Below, in pieces: positions 12,609 to 24,414 of a stretch of 64,000 bases of DNA (positions are counted from its first letter, which is position 1; every line of letters starts with the position of its first letter). Position numbers and translations under genes: made by a program. Location of the stretch: the NCBI RefSeq assembly GCF_006345805.1, contig NC_043025.1, positions 11,966,001-12,030,000 of the forward strand, given 5' to 3'. Under the pieces are notes generated by a model. That model was not told where the DNA came from, did no database searches, and saw only the letters and a list, made by a program, of their open reading frames with translations. This DNA is from Octopus sinensis. Its lineage: Eukaryota.

Positions 12609-15065
12609 TTGTTTGTGTGTCTGTGTTTGTCCCCATAGCTGGTGTGTTTACGTCCCCGTAACTTAGCGGTTCGGCAAAAGAGACCAATAGAACAAGTACT
12701 GGGCTTACAAAGAATAAGTCCCGGGGTCGATTTGCTCGACTAAACGCGGTGCTCCAGCATGGCCGCAGTCAAATGACTGAAGCAAGTAAAAGAGTAATAT
12801 ATATATATATATATAAAGAGAGAGAGAGAGAGATAATGTGTGTGTGTCTTCGTTTTATGTCTAATTAGTTTTATACAATCAAAAGTGGTGTCTGTGGAGT
12901 ATGAAATATATTTTCCTCGTGGAACACATATTCATACATTTATGCACAGAAAAGGCGTTTACGAATGAAAATATTTCCTCTCTGGGATATATTTCGACGT
13001 AATTGCTGAATAACTTGATTCAGCAATTCCTACACACGCATACACACACACACACAACACACACAAACGGTTACATGTCCGTACAATCGCACATACACAA
13101 GCACACACGCATACACATACAGACACACTTACACATACGTACGGAAACATACACACACACACACACATACATACATACGCTAAAACATTTGTTCTAGTTT
13201 GGAATTTCTTCAAGTTCTCCCCTCCCACGAAAACATTTTTATTTCTGCCCTTTAAGAAAAAATGCGGTCGTCTGATTTCTGCTTTGGATAGCAGACATTC
13301 AGAATCTACCAAAACAAACAAAATAATAATAATAATAACAACACAGTGGTCCCGGTGCGCGCACTCGCGCAAGCTAGTCATCCTTACATTGTGTTTTTGT
13401 GTGTTATTTACTGTTTTAAAGCAAAAACTCATCGTGCCCCACCTCCTAATTCCTTCGTGGTTTTATTGTATACATATACTCTCTTCTACTCTTTAACTTA
13501 TTTCAGTCATTTGACTGCGTCCATGCTGGAGCACTGCCTTTTAATCGAGCAACTCGACCCCAGGACTTATTCTTTGCAAGCCTAGTACTTATTCTATCGG
13601 TCTCTTTTGCCGAACCGCTAAGTGACGGGGATGCAAACACGCCACCGTCAGTTGTCAAGCGATGTTGGGGGGGAGGGGACAAACATAGACACACAAACAT
13701 ATACACACACATACATATTTATACATATACATATATACGACGGGATTCTTTCAGTTTCCGTCTACCAAATCCACTCACAAGGCTTTGGTCGGCTCGAGGT
13801 TATCATAGAAGACACTTGCCCAAGGTGCCACGCAGTGGGACTGAACCCGGAACCATGTGGTTGGTAAACAAGCTACTTACCACACAGCCACTGCTATATA
13901 TATCTGTCACTTACAATGATGAGGGTTCCAACTGATCTTATCACGGTCGAACCGTCCAACCCATGCTAGCATGGAATACAGATGTTAAACGTTGATGATG
14001 ATGATATATATATATATATATCTAATGTAGGATAAAAATTTTTCAAAAAAAATTCTTTTTGAAAAAAATTATATCAATGGCCAGCATATTAAAAAATACC
14101 TTTAAAGGTTATATATATAGGCATAGGAGTGGCTGTGTGGTAAGTAGCTTACTTACTAACCACATGGTTCCCGGTTCAGTCCCACTACATGGCACCTTGG
14201 GCAAGTGTTTTCTACCATAGCCTCGGGCCGACCAAAGCCTTGTGAATGGATTTGGTAGATGGAAACTGAAAGAAACTCGTTGTATATATATATGTGTGTC
14301 TGTGTTTGTGTCCCTGTAACTTAGTGGTTTGGCAAAAGAGATCCGATAGAATAAGTTACTAGGCTTACAAAGAATAAGTCCTGGGGTCGATTTGCTCGAC
14401 TAAAAGGTGGTGCTCCAGCATGGCCACAGTCAAATGACTGAAACAAGTAAAAGAGTAAAGAAAAAGTATATATATATATATATTAGAAGAAATGAGGTAC
14501 TCAGAAGATAGGATGGTTTATATTTACAGGTATTTGTACTGTCTTATATTCCTCCCCACCACTACAAAACTCTATAAAATGGTCAAAACTCTTTACACAG
14601 GAACTTAGTTTGATTTGAAAACCCCACTAGAATGGGAGAAAGCGCTAATGATCTAAGTGTTATGATATTTATATAAAAAAATGTAATATACAAATAAATA
14701 TCTGTAAATATAAAACCATCCGATTCTCTGAGTACCTCATTTCTTCTAATATATAATACCTGTACATCATCTCCAAACCTTCCAATATGTATATTGTTGA
14801 CTGCCATGACACTGCATCCTTTAAGGCCCTCATGCTTTCCGAAATCCCCCGAAACTACACCTGATTATACATACACCTTAGATGAGTTGTAGTGCACCTG
14901 AGCACTGTACACAATGTTTTTATTATTATTATTATTATTATATATATATATATTATATATATATATATATATATACATATAGGGAGAGAGAGAAGGACAT
15001 GTATGTATGTATACAACTGAGATTGGTGATGATGATGATGATGATGATGGTGTTTTCTCTTTCAG

Positions 15066-15655
15066 CTGTGCAAGAGTGGATGATTAGGCGGCGTCTGCGT
15101 AAAGAGAGACAAGAACGGTTGGAACAATTGGAATCCATGATGGCCAACACCTCTGAACTCACAAACAACTTCTGCCAGAGCGGTTACTGCAACCAGACGG
15201 CCGGAGGCAAATCCCCCGGAAACGGACAGGACATAATCGAAGAACGTGGTGAAGACCTGTTTCGAAATAACAACCACAGCAGTGGTAATAGTAGTGGTGG
15301 TGACGACGATGGTGGTGGTGGCGGCGGTGGTGGTGGTGGTGGTGGTGGTGGTAGTAGCAGTACTAATAATAATAGTAGTAATAATAATTCTACCGGCAAC
15401 AGAGTGTTCTGGGAGAGTTTCACATCGCATCAGGACCCTTCTTCTCTGTTCACAAAAGACAGTTTGTCATCGGAAACTGACGCTACAGCACTCGGCCAAC
15501 CGAGTCGCCACCAGACCTCCTCTTCCTCTTCTTGTGTGACGCCCGACTCATCCGAACCTCCCATAAAACGGTTAAAGGTGTCCTGCGAGCAGTTCACATC
15601 TCTACAGAATGTTAGCATTGGCGATGGTGTGGTCAGCAGAAGAAAATTACCGAAG
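15066..15655 (+). CDS. MYO19: MYO19-like exon: second IQ-like motif and low-complexity tail
   Basis: Phase-1 acceptor ttttctctttcag|CT joins 3914 to give LTIEK-A-VQEWMIRRR. Ends DGVVSRRKLPK|gtgag, resembling vertebrate MYO19 AGVTSIRALPQ (from memory). Confidence 0.8.
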
Positions 15656-15685
15656 GTGAGTCTCAGACCATTTTATTTTATTTTA

Positions 15686-16854
15686 CGAGGGTGAGTCAAA
15701 AAGTAATGCCATTTTGATTAGTACAGGTATAATTACCAGCACAGGAACATGTATCATAAGGCGGAGAGCTGGCAGAATCGTTAGCACGCCGGACAAAATG
15801 CTTAGCAGTATTTCGTCTGCCGTTACGTTCTGAGTTCTAATTCCGCCAAGGTCGACTTCGCCTGTCATCCTTTCGGGGTCGGTAAATTAAGTACCAGTTA
15901 CACACTAGGGTCGATGTAATTCACTTAATCCCTTTGTCTGTCCTTGTTTGTCTTCTCTGTGTTTAGCCCCTTGTGGGTAGTAAAGAAATACGTATTTCTT
16001 CTGCCGTTACGTTCTGATTTCAAATTCCGCCGAGGTCGACTTTGCCTTTCATTCTTTCGGGGTTGATTAAATAAGTCCCAGTTACTGGGGTCTATATAAT
16101 CGACTTGATCCCTTTGTCTGTCCTTGTTTGTCCTCTCTGTGTTTAGCCCCTTGTGGGTAGTAAAGAAATAGGTATTTCGTCTGCCGTTACGTTCTGAGTT
16201 CAAATTCTGCCAAGGTGGACTTTGCCTTTCATCCTTTTGGGGTTGATAAATAAAGTACCAGTTACGCACTGGGGTTGATGTAATTGACTTAATCCGTTTG
16301 TCTGTCCTTGTTTGTCCCTTCTATGTTTAGCCCGTTGTGGGCAATAAAGAAATAAGGAACATGTATCATACATCAAAATGAAGCTGGTCCTCTGTGGATC
16401 ACATCCCTACTTCTCAACAAAGTCACCGTTTCTCTCAATGGCAATGTTCCGCCTTCAAATGAGAGCATGTATCCCTGCCCCGTAAAATTCCTGTCAACAC
16501 TTCTTTGAGCCACTTCTTCACTACCTCAACACTCACCAGATTTAGCACCTTCAGACTATCTTCTCTTCGGCGCCACGAAAGAGGGTTTGAGAGGCAAACA
16601 TTATTCTAGTGACGAGGAAGTGGAAACTGTAGTGAAGATGTGGCTCAAAGAACAGTCAACAGAATATTATGGGGCAGGGATACATGCTCTCATTGGAAGG
16701 TGGAACATTGCTATTGAGAGAAACGGTGACTTTGTTGAGAAGTAGGGATGTGATCCACAGAGGACCAGCTTCATTTTGGTGTATGATACATGTTCCTGTG
16801 TTGGTAATTAGACCTGTCCTAAACAAAATGACATTACTTTTTGACTCACCCTCG
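15686..16854 (+). mobile_element. Mariner-derived element with long inverted arms and a transposase C-terminal remnant
   Basis: TA|CGAGGGTGAGTCAAAAAGTAATG ... CATTACTTTTTGACTCACCCTCG|TA. About 16533-16745 encodes SPDLAPSDYLLFGATKEGLRGKHYSSDEEV...NGDFVEK*, which carries the mariner (Y)SPDLAPSD motif. Confidence 0.92.
15760..16354 (+). mobile_element. SINE family B, head plus three ~180-bp units, inserted in the mariner arm; other arrays or copies at about 3280-3525(-), 8115-8340(-), 8740-8885(-), 17970-18310(+), 25216-25815(+), 42890-43475(-), 46135-46875(-), 47201-47790(+), 47815-48620(-), 56130-56520(-), 61235-61610(-)
   Basis: tRNA-like head ggcggcgagctggcagaatcgttagc. Units are joined at gtaaagaaata|ggtatttcgtc. 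A 16-bp TSD aggaacatgtatcata lies at 15743-15758 and 16355-16370. Confidence 0.9.
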
Positions 16855-16957
16855 TATTTTTTATTCCATTCTTTGTTCTCCACTCTTCGTTATTTTTCTA
16901 TATTTTCTTATGTTCTTTAAATTGCAACATGTGTTTTTAGAGTCCCTATGTGGCCTT

Positions 16958-17687
16958 TTAATCTTTTCGTTACCAACCCGGCCAAAACCACCTCTGGCTC
17001 TGTAGTACAAATGTCTTGTTTTCATAAATTTTGAATTAAAATCTTCCACCAAACCTTAGTCACAATTTATGTTCCTAACACTACCTGAATGATAACTAAG
17101 TTATTTTACTAAATTCTTTGTTATATTTAAAATTAATTGAAAGAAACACAGAGCATCTCAACAGAAATATGGTAACAAAAGGGTTAAAATATATAATAGA
17201 GAAACAATTCTTAACCCTTTTGATACCAACCTGGCTGAAACCACCTCTGGCTCTGAGTACAAATGTCTTGTTTTCTTAAGTTTTGAATTAAAATCTTCCA
17301 CCAAACCTTAGTCACAATTTATGTTCCTAACACTAGCTTAATGATAATTAAGTTATTTTACTAAATTCTTTGTTATATTTAAAGTAATTGAAAGAAACAC
17401 AGAGCATCTCAACAGAAATATGGTAACAAAAGGGTTAAAATATATAATAGAGAAACAATTCTTAACCCTTTTGATACCAACCTGGCTGAAACCACCTCTG
17501 GCTCTGAGTACAAATGTCTTGTTTTCATAAGTTTTGGATTAAAGTCTTCCACCAAACCTTAGTCACAATTTATGTTCCTAACACTAGCTGAATGATAACT
17601 AAGTTATTTTACTAAATTCTTTGTTATATTTAAAATTAATTGAAAGAAACACAGAGCATCTCAACAGAAATATGGTAAAAGGGTTAA
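16958..17687. mobile_element. Three tandem TTAA-flanked (piggyBac-like) MITEs, ~250-bp period
   Basis: TTAA|CCCTTTTG(A/T)TACC ... GGTAACAAAAGGG|TTAA with a 23-bp spacer aatatataatagagaaacaattc. Confidence 0.85.
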
Positions 17688-18412
17688 AATATATAATAGA
17701 GAATCAATTATATATCAGCGTGACACAGAGAGTGACAAGGCCGGCCCCTTGAAATACAGGTACAACAGAAACAGGAGGTAAGAGTGAGAGAAAGTTGTGG
17801 TGAAAGAGTACAGCAGGGATCACCACCATCCCCTGCCGGAGCCTCGTGGAGCTTTAGGTGTTTTCGCTCAATAAACACTCACAACGCCCGGTCTGGGAAT
17901 CGAAACCACGAGTCCGCTGCCCTAACCACTGGGCCATTGCGCCTCCACTGATGATGGTAGCATTATATGGTCGACTTTGCTGAGGTCGACTTTGCCTTAA
18001 ATCCTTTCGGGGTCGATAAATTAAGCACCAGTTATGCACTGGGGTCGATGTAATCGACTTAATACCCATGTCTGTCCTTGTTTGTCCCTTCTATGTTTAG
18101 CCCCTTGTGGGTAGTAAAGAAATAGGTATTTCGTCTGCCGCTACGTTGTGAGTTCAAATTCTGCCGAGGTCGACTTTACCTTTCATCATTTCGGGGTCGA
18201 TAAATTAAGTACCAGTTACGCACTGGGGTCGAGGTAATCGACTTAATACCTATGTCTGTCTTTGTCTGTCCCCTCTATGTTTAACCCCTTAAAGAATTAA
18301 GGACCAGTTACGCATATATAATTATCTCACTGTTTCACTTTTTCTTTTGCTTTTACCCTTTTCGTTTAAAACAATTTTTTTTCTTTTTTTTTTTTTTTTT
18401 GTTATTTTCCAG

Positions 18413-18520
18413 TCTGGACTCCGGTTCCACACACGACCCAGCCTCTTGAAAAACGCCCACGTTGTTAACCAGAACGACATGCAGTGCAGTATCACAGATA
18501 TCTTACCTGATGTCTCCTAA
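18413..18520 (+). CDS. MYO19: Terminal coding exon of MYO19-like myosin
   Basis: Long poly-T acceptor ...ttttccag|, phase 0. Translates SGLRFHTRPSLLKNAHVVNQNDMQCSITDILPDVS*, resembling the MYO19 C-terminus GSIKFHCRKSPLRYA (from memory). Confidence 0.8.
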   Translation, partial: SGLRFHTRPSLLKNAHVVNQNDMQCSITDILPDVS

Positions 18521-18669
18521 ATCGTTAGCGCGCTGGGCGGAAATGCTTACCTGTACTTCACCCATCCGCTACCTTCTGAGTTCAAATTCCACCGAGGTCA
18601 ACTTTACTGTCCATCTTTTCGGGGTCGATTAAACAAGCACCAGTTGAACCCTAACCCTAACCCTAACCC

Positions 18670-18942
18670 GGACCAGGCTGTGCATGGTGTTCTTGAGCAA
18701 GACACTTTATTCCACATTGCTCCAGTTCACTCAACTGTAGAAATGAGTTGTGATATCACTGGTGCTAAGCTGTATCGGCCCCTTTTCCTTTCCCTTGGAT
18801 AGCATCAGTGGTGTGAAGAAGGGAAGGCTGGTATGCATGGGTGACTGCCAGTTTTCTATAAACAACTTTGCCTGGAATTTGTACCTTGGAGGCTAACTTT
18901 CTTGGTACAATTCCATGGTCATTCATGACCAAAGGGGGCTCT
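18670..18942 (+). mobile_element. tRNA-derived SINE family E; copies at about 29830-30165(+), 57690-58020(-), 26120-26230
   Basis: Shared gtgttcttgagcaagacactttatt(t/c)cac.ttgctccagttca.tca.ctgtagaaatgag core. Confidence 0.75.
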
Positions 18943-18945
18943 TTT

Positions 18946-19110
18946 TTACACAATTGCAAAACCGATTTCTTTCCTACACGGCTGCTGCCGCCTGTAACCA
19001 TAAAGATCCAACTCTGATAAACTTTCAAAACAGTTTTTATTATTATAAAACTCTTTGATGGTTTTTGTGGCATCATTCTCTTTACAGCTGGCTTCTCCGA
19101 AATATCTGAA
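18946..19110 (-). CDS. Candidate terminal exon of unknown gene or alternative ANKAR C-terminus
   Basis: Acceptor ttttgatttccag|, phase 0, open for 54 codons: FRYFGEASCKENDATKTIKEFYNNKNCFESLSELDLYGYRRQQPCRKEIGFAIV*. Non-repetitive; no homolog recognised. Confidence 0.45.
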   Translation of the reverse strand, partial: FRYFGEASCKENDATKTIKEFYNNKNCFESLSELDLYGYRRQQPCRKEIGFAIV

Positions 19111-19249
19111 CTGGAAATCAAAACCCAGTTACAGATTTGAACATATTAATTGTAACATTATTTGGAAAAACCTAATTTTACACGGTGACATTTCAATATA
19201 TTGATGCCAAAACCATTACATACTGCTTATGACTGACACAAAACTATTT

Positions 19250-22200
19250 GAATCTTTTCGGTTTGAACGGCAATTTTTTCTAGCGGTGTCATATGAAATT
19301 GTCACCCATAATTATGACCCTAGTATTGATCTATTACATTTCAATCTGTTTTAAGGTTAGGGTTAGGGGGAAGGGTATCTTTTTTTCTTCACAAATGTAA
19401 ATAAACCCAATCTGTTTCTTAAACGAGGGACATATTCATACGGCACAGAATGTTTTCACCTCAATGGATGTCATTGATTGGTTGAAATTGCAGAAATTGA
19501 AGAAAAACAACAACAAATATCTTACAAACTATAGAATTTTCTCAATAAAGCCAAGAGAAAAAGTTGTTTTATAAACACATTCTACCAGTATAGGAGGTTT
19601 AAAAGTGTTTAGTTACGTGGAAATTATGTTAAAAAGTGTTTAGTAGTTACGTGGAAATTATGTTTAAAAGTGTTTAGTTACGTGGAAATTATGTTTAAAA
19701 GTGTTTAGTTACGTGGAAATTATGTTTTTAAAAGTGTTTAGTACGTGGAAATTATGTTTAAAAGTGTTTTAGTTAGTACGTGGAAATTATGTTTAAAAGT
19801 GTTTAGTTACGTGGAAATTATGTTTAAAAGTGTTTTAGTTACGTGGAAATTATGTTTAAAAGTGTTTAGTTACGTGGAAATTATGTTTAAAAAGTGTTAG
19901 TTACGTGGAAATTATGTTTTAAAAGTGTTTAGTTACGTGGAGGAAATTATGTTAAAAAGTGTTTAGTTACGTGGAATTATGTTTTTAAAAGTGTTTAGTT
20001 ACGGGAAATTATGTTTAAAAGTGTTTAGTACGTGGAAATTATGTTAAAAAGTGTTTAGTTACGTGGAAATTATGTTTAAAAGTGTTTAGTTACGTGGAAA
20101 TTATGTTTAAAAGTGTTTAGTTACGTGAAATTATGTTTAAAGTGTTTAGTTACGTGGAAATTATGTTAAAAGTGTTTATTTACGTGGAAATTATGTTTAA
20201 AAGTGTTAGTTACGTGGAAAATTATGGAAATTATGTTAAAAAGTGTTTAGTTCGTGGAAATTATGTTTAAAAGTGTTTAGTTACGGGAAATTATGTTTAA
20301 AAGTTTTAGTTACGTGGAAATTATGTTTTAAAAGTGTTTAGTTACGTGGAAATTATGTTTGAAAGTGTTTAGTTACGTGGAGGAAATTATGTTTAAAAGT
20401 GTTTAGTTACGTGGAAATTATGTTTAAAAGTGTTTAGTTACGTTACGGAAATTATGTTTAAAAGTGTTTAGTTACGTGGAAATTATGTTTAAAAGTGTTT
20501 AGTTACGTGGAAATTATGTTTTTTTTAAAAGTGTTTAGTTACGTGGAATTATGTTAAAAAGTGTTTTAGTTAGTGGAAATTATGTTTAAAAGTGTTTAGT
20601 TACGTGGAAATTATGTTTAAAAGTGTTTAGTTACGTGGAAATTATGTTTAAAAGTGTTTAGTTACGTGGAAATTATGTTTAAAAGTGTTTAGTTACGTGG
20701 AAATTATGTTTAAAAGTGTTTAGTTACGTGGAAATTATGTTAAAAGTGTTTAGTTACGTGGAAATTATGTTTAAAAGTGTTTAGTTACGTGGAAATTATG
20801 TTTAAAAGTGTTTAGTTACGTGGAAATTATGTTTAAAAGTGTTTAGTTACGTGGAAATTATGTTAAAAAGTGTTTAGTTACGTGGAAATTATGTTTAAAA
20901 GTGTTTAGTTACGTGGAAATTATGTTTAAAAGTGTTTAGTTACGTGGAAATTTGTTTAAAAGTGTTTAGTTACGTGGAAATTATGTTTTTAAAAGTGTTT
21001 ATTACGTGGAAATTATGTTTAAAAGTGTTTAGTTACGTGGAAATTATGTTTAAAAGTGTTAGTTACGTGGAAATTATGTTTAAAAGTGTTTAGTTACGTG
21101 GAAATTATGTTAAAAAGTGTTTAGTTACGTGGAAATTATGTTTAAAAGTGTTTAGTTACGTGGAGGAAATTATGTTTTTAAAAGTGTTAGTTACGTGGAA
21201 ATTATGTTTAAAAGTGTTTAGTTACGTGGAAATTATGTTTAAAAGTGGTTTAGTTACGTGGAAATTATGTTAAAAAGTGTTTAGTTACGTGGAAATTATG
21301 TTTAAAAGTGTTTAGTTACGTGGAAATTTGTTTAAAAGTGTTTTAGTTAGTGGAAATTATGTTAAAAAGTGTTTAGTTTAGTTACGTGGAAATTATGTTA
21401 AAAGTGTTTAGTTACGTGGAAATTATGTTAAAAAGTGTTTAGTTACGTGGAAATTATGTTTAAAGTGTTTAGTTACGTGGAAAATTATGTTAAAAAGTGT
21501 TTAGTTACGTGGAAATTATGTTAAAAAGTGTTTAGTTACGTGGAAATTATGTTTTAAAAGTGTTTAGTTACGTGGAAATTATGTTTAAAAGTGTTTAGTT
21601 ACGTGGAATTATGTTTATTAAAGTGTTTAGTTACGTGGAAATTATGTTAAAAAGTGTTTAGTTACGTGGAAATTATGTTAAAAAGTGTTTAGTTACGTGG
21701 AAATTATGTTTAAAAAGTGTTTAGTTACGTGGAAATTATGTTTAAAAGTGTTTAGTTACGTGGAAATTATGTTAAAAGTGTTTAGTTACGTGGAAATTAT
21801 GTTTAAAAGTGTTTAGTTACGTGGAAATTATGTTTAAAGTGTTTAGTACGTGGAAATTATGTTTTAAAAGTGTTTAGTTACGTGGAAATTATGTTAAAAG
21901 TGTTTAGTTACGTGGAAATTATGTTTATTAAAGTGTTAGTTACGTGGAATTATGTTAAAAAGTGTTTAGTTACGTGGAAATTATGTTTTAAAAGTGTTTA
22001 GTTACGTGGAAATTATGTTTTTAAAAGTGTTTAGTTACGTGGAAATTATGTTTAAAGTGTTTAGTACGTGGAAATTATGTTTAAAAGTGTTTAGTTCGTG
22101 GAAATGGAATATTATGTTTAAAAGTGTTTAGTTACGTGGAAATTATGTTAAAATGTTTAGTTACGTGGAAATTATGTTAAAAGTGTTTAGTTACGTGGAA

Positions 22201-22362
22201 TTATGTTTAAAAGTGTTTAGTACGTGGAAATTATTTTTTTTAAAAGTGTTTAGTTACGTGGAAATTATGTTTAAAAGTGTTTAGTTACGTGGAAATTATG
22301 TTTAAAAGTGTTTAGTTACGTGGAAATTATGTTAAAAACTGCCGTTCAAACCGAAAAGAACC
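19250..22362 (+). mobile_element. Non-autonomous TIR element with 8-bp TSD (Merlin-like?) containing a 31-bp satellite
   Basis: TIR gaatcttttcggtttgaacggcaattttt / aaaaactgccgttcaaaccgaaaagaacc. TSD aactattt at 19242-19249 and 22363-22370. Confidence 0.9.
19600..22340. repeat. 31-bp tandem satellite agttacgtggaaattatgtttaaaagtgttt, roughly 85-90 units
   Basis: Directly visible head-to-tail array with no spacers. Confidence 0.98.
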
Positions 22363-22546
22363 AACTATTTTAAAATGTTGAAATTCAAATATAAACCACC
22401 TTTCATAATTTTATGCCTGAGCCTCTCTTTTAAATCAGACTCCAACTTTGTATACTGATGTGTGTGTGTGTGTTTTGTTCTACTAATGTTCATATATCTT
22501 TTAACTTATATTCTTAACACTGTCTTAATATACCAATATATATTTG

Positions 22547-23600
22547 GGATCTTTACCTTTTGACCGACAGATATCGCCCGGTGTTGCTCGGGTTTGTTTT
22601 CTTTTCGACCCTTTAGAATTGGAATTTTTGAAAAGTAAAAATTTTGCATTATGTAGCTTGTTATTCTCTTTAAGTGAACATTTTTCTGGTTGAAATACAT
22701 CGAAAAATGGCAACACAGCAGTAAAAAAATCGTAAAAAATAGGGATTTTCATTAAAAAAAAAGCACCTTTTTGATGCAAATAATTTTTGGTGTTAACATG
22801 GTCTGATTTGAATTTTATCTTCTACGTAAGGAAAAGCAAGCCTTCTTCTATCATACTCTCAATTTTGGTCAACTTGCGCCACAGGGTCTTAGAGAAAATA
22901 GTGTTAGTTGAAGGCTACCAAACCTGCCACACACAGACAACTTCAGCTTTATATATAGAGAGATTTTTTGTAACTAAACACTTTCAAACTTCGGACACTG
23001 GTAGAATGTGTCATATGAAACATCTTTTACTCTTAGTGTTTTTGAGAAAAGCTTATATTTAGGAAGTTATTTCACGTTAAAGTTGTCGTATTTCGATAAT
23101 TTCAACCAATCAATGACATGTATTCAGCTGAATAAAATTACTGCTGTTGTTTGTCAACAACTATCGGCGGTGTATATTTTGTTTGTCACTGTTATTTATG
23201 ACAGCCCTAAGCCTAAAACCCTAACCCTAAAACCTTAACCCTAAACCTAAAACCCTAACCCTAACACCCTAATCCTAACCCTAAAGCCTTAAAGCTAAAA
23301 CCAGTACAAACGCATGAACGATGTCATAAATAACAGTGACCAACAAAAAATACTCCGCTGTTAGTTGTTGTTGACAAACAACAGCAGTAATTTTATTTGG
23401 CTGAATACACGTCATTGATTGGTTGAAATCACCGAAATAGAACAACTTTAACGTGAAATAACTCCGTAAATATAAGTTTTTCTGCAAAATGCTAAGAGTA
23501 AAAGATCTTTTATATGACACATTCTACCAGTGTCCGAAATTTGAAAGTGTTTAGTTACAAAAAATTATTTTAAAATCTGTCGATCAAAAGGTAAAGATCC
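22547..23600. mobile_element. Fold-back TIR element (GGATC ends, 8-bp TSD) with central CCCTAA-like tract
   Basis: ggatctttaccttttgaccgacagat / atctgtcgatcaaaaggtaaagatcc. TSD tatatttg at 22539-22546 and 23601-23608. About 240-bp inverted arms. Confidence 0.88.
22571..22962 (-). mobile_element. Non-autonomous Helitron nested in the left TIR of the fold-back element
   Basis: Shares the atcgcccgg.gttgctcgggtttg end and the cacagacaa...ttatatatagag end with 29383-29770. Confidence 0.7.
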
Positions 23601-23649
23601 TATATTTGTCTTTTGTTATGTTCCAAACGCCATCTTAATATACCAATGT

Positions 23650-23950
23650 ATATTTGTCATTTTGTATCTTGGAAGGCAAGAATAAGCCTAGCTTTGCAGT
23701 TATTTCTAGGGTTAGACTTACACATGCAGTTCCTACAAGAACATCTGGTCCTCCAGAGGGTCTTACATAACTGGGATCGAACGCTTCTCCCTGATTTCTC
23801 TATGATCTCAATGTTAAGTTTAGCGCCCTTGAGAGCCTTTCTAAATCCATGGGCTGATTCCAAACTTCACCCTTTGAACCTTGTCTGTCTTATACCACGT
23901 GTTTATTCTATTTGTCCCTTTACAAATCATTTGTACTCTATTAGCCACTG
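23650..23950 (-). mobile_element. Possible Penelope-like retroelement coding remnant
   Basis: IEIIEKSGRSVRSQLCKTLWRTRCSCRNCMCKSNPRNNCKAR resembles, from memory, the Cys-rich linker between RT and GIY-YIG in PLEs. Confidence 0.4.
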
Positions 23951-23960
23951 ATGGTCAATA

Positions 23961-24025
<65 letters not shown>

Positions 24026-24077
24026 ATATGTTTTTGTACACCACCTGTCTTCGGCTTTTGATTTTTTCGTAAACTCT

Positions 24078-24113
<36 letters not shown>

Positions 24114-24277
24114 CAAATAAGAAAATGGAGAAACAAATTTGGTTTGTTCATCAACTTACGGATATTATAATGGATTATTTATTCATTTTACAAATTAATT
24201 TGGGTACTTTACCAACAGTATATTGGATAAATGATATCCCATTGTGGGTTACACCCATAACCCCTATCTTACTTTGT

Positions 24278-24320
<43 letters not shown>

Positions 24321-24414
24321 TTCCTTTATTCTCTTTTCCCTTATCTTGTAAGTGACCTCACCTCCACATATATGTAGACATAAGACTAATTCTCAGACAG
24401 GCTCGAAACAGTCC

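Noticed and set aside
15991-16170. SINE B unit as a retrozyme (hammerhead-bearing tandem repeat)
   Set aside because: No CTGATGA/GAAA core found on either strand of the unit.
18650-18669. Telomere (CCCTAA)3, also at 6805 and 23203
   Set aside because: Short interstitial tracts, mostly inside TIR elements; not a chromosome end.
19600-22340. CRISPR-like 31-bp repeat array
   Set aside because: No unique spacers and no cas genes; eukaryotic context; derived from a TIR element.
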